Source: Thermoplasmata archaeon
Lineage (GTDB): Archaea > Thermoplasmatota > Thermoplasmata > Lutacidiplasmatales > SKW197
DNA length: 24,000 nt
Direction: 5' to 3'
Assembly: GCA_026414225.1 (NCBI GenBank)
Contig: JAOAJK010000013.1
Span: forward strand, 16,536-40,535
The notes under the pieces were generated by a model. It saw only the letters and a list, made by a program, of their open reading frames with translations, had not been told where the DNA came from and made no database searches. The position numbers and the translations under genes are program-made. How positions within the stretch are numbered: the first letter of the stretch is position 1; each line of letters begins with the position of its first letter. Shown here piece by piece: positions 9,290-15,903 of this stretch.

Positions 9290-9691
9290 CTATATCGCCT
9301 CAATCTTAAACACGCATTTATCTTTCCCTGTGCTTTCACATTCGACCTCGACACAATGGACCTTTGTGTTGTAATATACTTCATAGACCTGTCTTATCAG
9401 TCCCCTGAGTCTATGACATGTAGGTATCTCCGAAGGTGTGATTTCTATAGATCCCTTCACAACGACCTCGTGCTCCTTGAAAGAAATCTCATCCGCCCAG
9501 CCCCTGTTCTTTATCAGCATCTCCACAATCTTGAAGTAGTTTCCCTTGTCCTTCATTGCTTCATTTGCAATTTCTGCGCCGAATATTGAACCCTCTCTGA
9601 AGAATAGCCCATGACAGGCATGGGACATCACGCCTTCGTAAAGTTCCTTGATTTTCACCAGTTCCGCCTGTGATATCCTGACGAACTTCAT
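9290..9691 (-). CDS. V4R (4-vinyl reductase-type) small-molecule-binding domain protein
   Basis: The ORF is 9290..9709 with a TTG start. The ATG at 9691 (MKFVRISQAEL...) lies ~25 nt downstream of a TATA-like box (minus strand ctttatattt, + coordinates 9713-9722), consistent with a leaderless mRNA. The sequence FFREGSIFGAEIA...CHRLRGLIRQVYEVYYNTKVHCVEVECESTGKDKCVFKI has the V4R hallmark C...G..G...ExxCxxxGxxxCxF. Confidence 0.7.
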   Translation of the reverse strand: MKFVRISQAELVKIKELYEGVMSHACHGLFFREGSIFGAEIANEAMKDKGNYFKIVEMLIKNRGWADEISFKEHEVVVKGSIEITPSEIPTCHRLRGLIRQVYEVYYNTKVHCVEVECESTGKDKCVFKIEAI

Positions 9692-9864
9692 GCTACCATG
9701 AAATCGCAAATCAAATATAAAGTTTTGCTTTCATTTTGAAGGCTTCTCTCCTAAATGCCGCAATCCCGAATAAGGGGTAGGCAGAGGTTTCCTGATGGAA
9801 AGGTTAGATGCTGCTAGCCCTGTGAACCAATAAGAAATAAATATTGCAAGAGTATTTCCTCACC

Positions 9865-12579
9865 ATGGCTACAAAAAATCTATGGTATGCCATGGAAACG
9901 AAAGAAACACTGGCACTTTTAAAGACCTCTGCTGAAAAGGGGCTTACATCTGAAGAAGCGCGGCGGAGATTGTCAAAAGGAAAAAATGTGCTTGCCGAGA
10001 AAAAAAAGGAACATCCAGTGATTAAATTTTTAAATCAGTTCAAGAGCATTCCAATTATTATGCTTATTGTTGCTGCGATAATAACTGTTATTTTAACAAT
10101 TTTTACTGAAGAAAATCATCTATCTGATACGGTCGCGATTCTGATAGCGATAACAATCAATGCGGTGATGGGCTACATGATGGAGGCAAGGGCGGAGAAG
10201 GCCATGGAAGCCCTGAAGAGAATGACTGCACCCAAAACAAAAGTGGTAAGAGATGGAACCTGCCAGGAAATTCTCGTGGAAGATGTGGTCCCAGGCGATA
10301 TCGTGCTCCTGGAGGAGGGGGACAAGGTTCCTGCAGACATTCGCCTTATAGAAACCACAAATCTGGAAGTGGATGAATCTATGCTCACAGGGGAGAGTGT
10401 TACGGTGCAGAAGGATGCCCATGCATGTCCAGAAGACGCTGAAAAGTGGGAGAGAACGAATCTGGTATACATGGGCACAATTGTGGCAAGAGGACGGGCG
10501 AAAGGAGTCGTTTTCCACACGGGGATGGAGACAGAACTTGGAAAAATTGCAAAACTTGTGCAGGAAAGTGAAGGCGAGGAAACTCCCCTCCAGAAAAGCA
10601 TCGATACACTCGGCAAACAAATTGGCTACATTGCAATAGCGATTTCTACCTTGCTCTTTTTCACAGCCACCGCAATTTCCCAAACCCATCTTTCCCAGAA
10701 CTTTCTGCTTGCAATTAGCTTGGCAGTCGCAATAATCCCAGAGGGGCTTCCAATCGTGCTCGTGGTTACCCTCGCAATCGGAATGCAGGTGATGGCAAAG
10801 CGGAACGCAATCGTTCGCCGCCTAATGTGCGTGGAAACCCTAGGATGCACCTCTGTCATCTGCACTGATAAAACTGGCACGCTTACGAAAAACCAGATGA
10901 CTGTAAAAGAAGTGTTTGTGGACGGTGAAATTCTTTCGGTAAGTGGCACTGGCTATGAACCAAAAGGTGAGATTGAAAACGCCGGTGAGCATAAGGGAAG
11001 CATTGACCTTCTAACAAGGATTGGAATTCTCTGCAACAATGCAAATCTACTTGAGGAAAATAACGCCTGGAAGGTCATTGGAGATCCGACCGAGGGGGCG
11101 CTCCTTGCGCTCGCCGGAAAGGTGGGTGCTGTTCCGAAGCAGTTCCACACCAAATACAGGCGAATTTACGAGAAGGTGTTTGATCCTAAGAAAAAGATAA
11201 TGAGCACGATAAATGAGGTGGATGGAAAGAAGGTGATCCACATCAAAGGTGCACCTGAGGTTATTCTCTCGCTTTCTGGGAATTTCTGGCACAACGGAAA
11301 AGTTTTGCCGCTATCCCACCAACACCGCACGGCAATTGAGATTGCAAACAAGAGAATGGCATCGATGGGATACAGGGTGCTGGCTCTCGGATACAAAGAG
11401 ATAGAACAAATCCCAGAGAATGTGGAGGACATGGAGAAAAACATGACCTTTGTTGGCCTTGTGGGTATAATAGACCCGCCAAGACCAGAAGTAAAGAATG
11501 CAATCAAAACCTGTCATGAAGCAGGCATAAAGGTTGTAATGATCACCGGCGACCAGAAGGACACAGCAATAGCAATTGCAAAGCAGCTCGGAATCTGGAG
11601 CGGGAAGATTCTTACAGGTAGCGAACTTGAAAAGATGAGTGATGATGAACTGGCTAAAATCGTGGAAGAAGTGAGCGTTTATGCTAGGGTCCATCCCGAG
11701 ATGAAGTTAAAGATTGTGCGGGCTTTCAAGAAGAGGGGGCATGTGGTCGCAATGACTGGCGATGGCGTGAATGATGCACCTGCCCTTGCAAATGCGGATA
11801 TTGGAATTTCCATGGGAATTACCGGCACAGATGTGGCTAAGGATGCCAGTGGAATCGTGCTTGCGGACGACAATTTTGCAACTATTGTAAAAGCGGTTGA
11901 AGAGGGAAGAAAGATATATGAGAACATACGGAAATTTGTGAGATACCAGATAACCACGAATATCGGGGCGACCACACTGGTATTTCTTGCAATATTCACC
12001 GTACCTGGTGTGATCCCTCTCTACCCCGTACAAATTCTCTGGGTGAACATACTAATCGACGGTCCGCCTGCCCAGGCACTCGGACTTGAGCCCGCTACAA
12101 GGAAGATAATGAAGAACAAGCCCAGAAATCCGAAGGAACACATCCTCTCGAGGGAAATGGTATCCGCAATTCTTGTGAATGGACTGGCAATGGCGTTTCT
12201 CACACTCCTCGTGTTCTGGTATTCCTACAATTTTGCACCTGGTGAGTTTATGGATGCTCCTGCTGAAAGAGAGGCGTATGCCCAGACAATGACATTCACT
12301 ACATTTGTGGTATTCCAAGTGTACAGCGTCCTCAACTGCAGAAACCTGCGGGAGTCCCTGTTCAGTTTAAAGATGAATAACCGTTTGCTTTTAATTACAA
12401 TAGTTCTGGCGCTGCTTCTCCAGCTTTTTGCAGTTTACATGCCATTCATGAATTCAACCTTCAGAACAATTCCAATCAGAGCTGTTGACTGGCTTACGAT
12501 ATTCCTGCTGGGCATCATCCTGATTTGTGTGGATGAGATACGGAAGCTTGTGATGCGCCACCGCAGGGGTGATGTATGA
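9865..12579 (+). CDS. P-type ATPase, type IIA (Ca2+/cation-transporting, SERCA/PMR1-like)
   Basis: Motifs are TGES (LTGESVTVQK), PEGLP (IIPEGLPIVL), the phosphorylation site ICTDKTGTLT, KGAPE, MITGDQ and GDGVNDAPALANADIGISMG, with 10 predicted TM helices. The ORF track starts at a TTG (9844). The ATG at 9865 (MATKNLWYAMETKE) lies ~20-25 nt downstream of the TATA-like aaataaatatt (9834-9844). Confidence 0.9.
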   Translation: MATKNLWYAMETKETLALLKTSAEKGLTSEEARRRLSKGKNVLAEKKKEHPVIKFLNQFKSIPIIMLIVAAIITVILTIFTEENHLSDTVAILIAITINAVMGYMMEARAEKAMEALKRMTAPKTKVVRDGTCQEILVEDVVPGDIVLLEEGDKVPADIRLIETTNLEVDESMLTGESVTVQKDAHACPEDAEKWERTNLVYMGTIVARGRAKGVVFHTGMETELGKIAKLVQESEGEETPLQKSIDTLGKQIGYIAIAISTLLFFTATAISQTHLSQNFLLAISLAVAIIPEGLPIVLVVTLAIGMQVMAKRNAIVRRLMCVETLGCTSVICTDKTGTLTKNQMTVKEVFVDGEILSVSGTGYEPKGEIENAGEHKGSIDLLTRIGILCNNANLLEENNAWKVIGDPTEGALLALAGKVGAVPKQFHTKYRRIYEKVFDPKKKIMSTINEVDGKKVIHIKGAPEVILSLSGNFWHNGKVLPLSHQHRTAIEIANKRMASMGYRVLALGYKEIEQIPENVEDMEKNMTFVGLVGIIDPPRPEVKNAIKTCHEAGIKVVMITGDQKDTAIAIAKQLGIWSGKILTGSELEKMSDDELAKIVEEVSVYARVHPEMKLKIVRAFKKRGHVVAMTGDGVNDAPALANADIGISMGITGTDVAKDASGIVLADDNFATIVKAVEEGRKIYENIRKFVRYQITTNIGATTLVFLAIFTVPGVIPLYPVQILWVNILIDGPPAQALGLEPATRKIMKNKPRNPKEHILSREMVSAILVNGLAMAFLTLLVFWYSYNFAPGEFMDAPAEREAYAQTMTFTTFVVFQVYSVLNCRNLRESLFSLKMNNRLLLITIVLALLLQLFAVYMPFMNSTFRTIPIRAVDWLTIFLLGIILICVDEIRKLVMRHRRGDV

Positions 12580-12941
12580 GCGTTGGGAGCATGGGGGTGG
12601 ACATTTACTTCGTTTTGATAACTCTAATCCTTTTTTTTGGCTTTTTTGTCAGCCCTTTCTTCTCCGCATTTGCAGGTGCTGGCCAGGGAAGAAACACTGA
12701 ATCGCCAGGAATCATGGGGGTCTTCATGAGAAACGTAAGGCGGAGAAAGGAGGCCCTGTTTGTATGGGGAATCCTGGCCCTCGCAGATGCAGTTCTGGCA
12801 ACAGTTTTTCTCCAGATGCTGCCGGCAATCCCCTTACCTCTCGCTTTCCTCTGTGTCGGCGCGATAATCTTCATTTATGTGGTTGAAATTCACGGGATCA
12901 ACAAAATGTTTGGAAGGGGAGATGTAGAAAATGGAAATTAA
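12576..12941 (+). CDS. Small hypothetical membrane protein (about 3 TM helices), translationally coupled to both neighbours
   Basis: 121 aa. The ATG overlaps the ATPase stop (ATGA at 12576-12579) and is preceded by AGGGGTGAT. The 3' end overlaps the EndoQ start by 11 nt. Hydrophobic helices include VDIYFVLITLILFFGFFVSPFF, LFVWGILALADAVLATVFLQML and LPLAFLCVGAIIFIYVV. I recognise no family. Confidence 0.5.
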   Translation: MSVGSMGVDIYFVLITLILFFGFFVSPFFSAFAGAGQGRNTESPGIMGVFMRNVRRRKEALFVWGILALADAVLATVFLQMLPAIPLPLAFLCVGAIIFIYVVEIHGINKMFGRGDVENGN

Positions 12942-14202
12942 TGCAGACCTCCACATTCACAGCCGTTACTCGGGTGGGACGAGCGATGTCATGAATATGC
13001 GCAATCTATCCAAGGGTGCAAGCCAGAAAGGAATAAACTTGATTGGTTCCGGAGATTGCCTTCATCCCAGATGGCTTGAGGAAATAAAGGCACTGGAAAA
13101 GGTGGATGAGGGAACTTTCGAAATTGGGGGTCTGAGAGTGATTTTAACCTGTGAGGTAGAGGACTGCGACAGGGTACACCACCTGCTTATGTTCCCTTCA
13201 ATTTCAAAGGTAGAGGAATTTTCAGAAAAGATTCTCTCGAAGGTATCAGACCTCACAACCGATGGCCGGCCCAGGTTTCATGGAAATGGGGCGGATCTCG
13301 CAGCGATCGCAAGGGACTGTGGGGTCCTTATCGGCCCCTGCCATGCGTTCACTCCCTGGACATCCGTATATGCTGCGTTTGATTCGCTGAAAGAGTGCTA
13401 TGGGGAACTTGTGGGATATGTGGGTTACATAGAACTCGGGCTGAGCGCGGACACCTCTTATGCGGACAGAATTGCAGAACTCCATGACCTTACCTTCCTT
13501 ACAAATTCCGATGCCCATTCTCCCTGGCCTGTACGGCTTGCCAGGGAATTCATGCGGATGGAAGTTGAGGAGGCAATTTTCGAAGAAGTGGCTATGGCTA
13601 TACTTCGAAGGAAAGGGAGACAGGTAGTGCTGAATGTGGGTGTGCCACCAGAAGAGGGAAAGTACAATGAGAGTGCATGCATAAAATGCTACGCCCATTA
13701 CACCCTGAATGATGCGGTGAGAAATGGCTGGAGGTGCAGGTGCGGGGGCAGAATAAAGAAAGGGGTCCGGGATAGAGTTGAGGAACTGGCAGACTATCCG
13801 GAGCCGAAAACACCTTCCCACAGACCAAGATACATCCACATCATCCCTCTCACGGAAATAATTGCGAAAGCATTGGGCAGCTCTCCAAATAGCAAAAAGG
13901 TTCTTGAAATCTGGGATGGTCTCATCAACAAATTCGGTAATGAGGTGAGAATTTTAATCGATACCGAGATTGAGGAAATCAGCAAGGTAGCACCTCCAGA
14001 GGTCATTAGGGCAATCGCCGCCTTCAGGGCCGGGAAGGTTTTAGTGAAGCCAGGCGGTGGCGGGCAGTATGGAGAAATTGTGATTCCTGACGGCGGTTTA
14101 GAAACGTCCAACATTTCCAGGAATGCCAGTACACCATCAATGAAAAAAGGGGAAAGCGGAAGGGTGAATAGGCACCAGCCAACCCTGGATAGCTTTAGTT
14201 AA
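12931..14202 (+). CDS. Endonuclease Q-like PHP-domain nuclease (TIGR00375 family) with an internal zinc finger
   Basis: 423 aa. The N-terminal PHP motif is ADLHIHSRYSGG. Conserved blocks are LTCEVEDCDRVHHLLMFP, GPCHAFTPWTSVY, ELGLSADTSYAD and NSDAHSPWP. The zinc finger is CIKCYAHY...WRCRCGGRIKKGVRDRVEEL, and the C-terminal block is KPGGGGQYGEIVIP. Length and block order match what I recall of archaeal EndoQ, which cleaves 5' of deaminated bases. Confidence 0.7.
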   Translation: MEINADLHIHSRYSGGTSDVMNMRNLSKGASQKGINLIGSGDCLHPRWLEEIKALEKVDEGTFEIGGLRVILTCEVEDCDRVHHLLMFPSISKVEEFSEKILSKVSDLTTDGRPRFHGNGADLAAIARDCGVLIGPCHAFTPWTSVYAAFDSLKECYGELVGYVGYIELGLSADTSYADRIAELHDLTFLTNSDAHSPWPVRLAREFMRMEVEEAIFEEVAMAILRRKGRQVVLNVGVPPEEGKYNESACIKCYAHYTLNDAVRNGWRCRCGGRIKKGVRDRVEELADYPEPKTPSHRPRYIHIIPLTEIIAKALGSSPNSKKVLEIWDGLINKFGNEVRILIDTEIEEISKVAPPEVIRAIAAFRAGKVLVKPGGGGQYGEIVIPDGGLETSNISRNASTPSMKKGESGRVNRHQPTLDSFS

Positions 14203-14213
14203 AATGTTGGTCC

Positions 14214-14265
14214 AACGCTTAGCGTTAGTTATATATTTGAGTTTTGTTATATTGGTTAGAAGGTG
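14214..14265 (+). promoter_or_regulatory. Putative promoter and leader of the Ubl-E2-JAMM-E1 operon: palindrome, TATA-like box, Shine-Dalgarno site
   Basis: A perfect palindrome aacgct-t-agcgtt lies at 14214-14226, immediately upstream of the TATA-like ttatatat (14229-14236). aggtg (14261-14265) sits ~10 nt before the ATG at 14275. The 72-nt gap after the EndoQ stop contrasts with the gaps and overlaps of 20 nt or less inside the operon. Confidence 0.4.
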
Positions 14266-14274
14266 CACCTCTAA

Positions 14275-15345
14275 ATGTCACCCGAAACTTCAGAAACCAC
14301 GAAATGTCCTTATTGCGGCAAAAACATTCCAAAGGACTCTACAATCTGCTCCTCATGTGGGAAGGAACTGTTTGAGGAGGTGTTCCTCTGTCCTAAATGC
14401 AATGAAGAAGTCGGGGAACTGGATGAAGTGTGTCCTCACTGTGGTGCTAGATTTGCCTCCTCAAAACCCACAAGTTTTCTGGAGACGGGTGGAAGTTACA
14501 TTGCAGAGGATGAAAACCTTGCCTACAGATTGTTCAAGGACCTGCTGGATGCTGGTTTTGCAGGACTGTGTCTGACTAAAAGCAATCCTAGAAAAATCAG
14601 AAAGAGGTACAATGTCAACATCGATGAGATATACTGGCTCACCTCCACCCTGACAAAGGAGAAAACCCTTGACCCCCAGCGGCTGGAGTTTGAAATGACC
14701 TACATCATTGGAGAATTCGTTAAAAATAACTCAAAGCCGGCAATCATTCTGGATGCAATCGGGCTTCTCATAACTGCAAACGGTTTTGAGAAGGTAATTG
14801 ATTTCGTGAAGGGCGTAGTTGACATGGTGTCAGTCAATAACGGTGTGTTCATTGTCCATGTTTCCCCGATTGTTCTAAGCAAGAAGGAAATTGAAACGCT
14901 TAAGCAGTATCTTGAGGTCATAGATTATAAAAAAGCTGGAATAAGCGAACCGGAGAGCATGGAGGAAGAGGAGGGCGAAGAACTTGCAGAACCAGAGGAA
15001 ACCAGAAAGGAGAGTTTTGAACTCATCATGCAGAAATTCAGGTTACTTTCAAGTGAGGCAGAAAAGGAAGAAACTACAAAAAAGAAAAAGGTGGTGGAAG
15101 AAATGTCGATAAGAGTGAAAGTGCGCGATGCTGAGACAGGTGCTTCGCTGGACATGGAACTCGAGCCAGACAATACAATAGACGAGATCATAGAAAGTGT
15201 GGGTACCTACTGGGAGAAGAACATAGGCGTGTATGTGCTCCGTAAGGGAAAGCGCATACTGCGAGGCGAAACCAAAGTGGAGGAAGCAGATATAAGAGAT
15301 GGGGACTTAATGGAGCTCATCCCTGACCCAGAAGGCGGAATTTGA
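14275..15345 (+). CDS. Double zinc ribbon + DUF835 + acidic linker + C-terminal ubiquitin-like (beta-grasp) domain ending in GG-I
   Basis: 356 aa. Residues 11-56 carry four CxxC pairs with regular x10 spacing (CPYC-x10-CSSC-x10-CPKC-x10-CPHC). Residues ~70-217 follow the DUF835 pattern (GGSYIAEDENLAYRLFKDLLDAGFAGLCLTKSNPRKIRKRY...IYWLTS...LDPQRLEFEMTYIIGEFV...PAIILDAIGLLITANGFEKVIDFVKGVVDMVSVNNGVFIVHVSPIVLSKKEIETL). An E-rich linker follows. The last 80 aa are MSIRVKVRDAETGASLDMELEPDNTIDEIIESVGTYWEKNIGVYVLRKGKRILRGETKVEEADIRDGDLMELIPDPEGGI. They show a beta-beta-alpha-beta-beta pattern and a diglycine one residue from the end, as in Ubl precursors. Confidence 0.8.
   Translation: MSPETSETTKCPYCGKNIPKDSTICSSCGKELFEEVFLCPKCNEEVGELDEVCPHCGARFASSKPTSFLETGGSYIAEDENLAYRLFKDLLDAGFAGLCLTKSNPRKIRKRYNVNIDEIYWLTSTLTKEKTLDPQRLEFEMTYIIGEFVKNNSKPAIILDAIGLLITANGFEKVIDFVKGVVDMVSVNNGVFIVHVSPIVLSKKEIETLKQYLEVIDYKKAGISEPESMEEEEGEELAEPEETRKESFELIMQKFRLLSSEAEKEETTKKKKVVEEMSIRVKVRDAETGASLDMELEPDNTIDEIIESVGTYWEKNIGVYVLRKGKRILRGETKVEEADIRDGDLMELIPDPEGGI
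15103..15342 (+). other. Ubiquitin-like beta-grasp module (80 codons) with a possible internal translation start
   Basis: An in-frame ATG at 15103 is preceded by ggtggtggaag, a Shine-Dalgarno-like sequence. The module ends GGI immediately before the TGA (15343-15345). It is located directly upstream of the E2, JAMM and E1 genes. Confidence 0.6.
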
Positions 15346-15360
15346 GAGGGGGAATCAGAT

Positions 15361-15903
15361 GTGCCGCTTCCTATCGAAGTATTGAGGCAAAGGTTGTATA
15401 ATGAAATCCTTACATGCAAAAAAGAACTGAGGCACATACTTTCGGTCTCGGATAGCAGTCTGTCCAACTTTCCGATAGAAATAGACCTCACATTTGTAAA
15501 AACGCCTGGACCGTTTCTCTGGGAAGGAAAGGTGACCACCAGGTACACGCACAAGGTAAAAATAATCATCACTGCCCAGTATCCCTATCAGAAGCCAATA
15601 GTAAGATGGCTCAGCCCGATATTCCATCCCAATATAATGCCACCGCATGAAGGTGGTTATGTCTGCACCAAGCTTTTTGATACCTGGACACCCCAGTCGA
15701 CACTCCTGATGTTTATCAAGGGACTTGAGGCCCTGCTTTCAAATCCAAACCCTGGAAACCCTCTCGGGAGCGAGGCATGCCAGAAAGCTGCGGAGTATTT
15801 TGAAAAGCATCCGTACAAACCACCAGTTATAGTAGAAAAGACAAAGACAGAGCATGCTCCGAAGATTGTTGGAGGAGCAGAAGATGGCGAGGGAAAAACC
15901 TAA
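15361..15903 (+). CDS. Ubiquitin-conjugating enzyme E2 (UBC fold)
   Basis: 180 aa. The GTG start is preceded by GAGGGGG (15346-15352). The UBC core is ITAQYPYQKPIVRWLSPIFHPNIMPPHEGGYVCTKLFDTWTPQSTLLMFIKGLEALLSNPNPGNPLGSEA. It contains the HPN triad (res 89-91), the catalytic Cys102 (tgc 15664-15666) about 11 residues after it, a W-x-P after the Cys, and the LL..PNP..PL helix. Confidence 0.85.
   Translation: MPLPIEVLRQRLYNEILTCKKELRHILSVSDSSLSNFPIEIDLTFVKTPGPFLWEGKVTTRYTHKVKIIITAQYPYQKPIVRWLSPIFHPNIMPPHEGGYVCTKLFDTWTPQSTLLMFIKGLEALLSNPNPGNPLGSEACQKAAEYFEKHPYKPPVIVEKTKTEHAPKIVGGAEDGEGKT

Noticed and set aside
9692-9864. The largest non-coding gap in the window (173 nt), with a small hairpin tttcc-tgat-ggaaa at 9788-9801; considered as a possible ncRNA or tRNA
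   Set aside because: There is no tRNA-like cloverleaf or conserved T-loop sequence. The region is bounded by TATA-like boxes facing outwards (9713-9722 for the V4R gene, 9834-9844 for the ATPase gene), so divergent promoters explain it. The 5-bp hairpin is too weak to call.
10120-12318. Many minus-strand ORFs of 60-190 aa inside the P-type ATPase gene
   Set aside because: They are antisense to a gene with a complete set of P-type ATPase motifs. Their translations lack motifs and are Cys/Ser/Phe/His-rich, so they are shadow ORFs.
14204-14575. 123-aa plus-strand ORF overlapping the start of the DZR-DUF835-Ubl gene in another frame
   Set aside because: The 14275 frame encodes regular CxxC zinc ribbons and a DUF835 domain and has a Shine-Dalgarno site and TATA box. 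The alternative frame is Arg/Cys/Leu-rich with no motifs.
15859-15903. The E2 tail ...PKIVGGAEDGEGKT contains an internal GG that could mimic a Ubl processing site
   Set aside because: No beta-grasp domain precedes it, because the UBC fold ends just upstream. The GGAGGAG sequence here is the Shine-Dalgarno site for the JAMM gene ATG at 15884, so the GG codons are again explained by translation signals.
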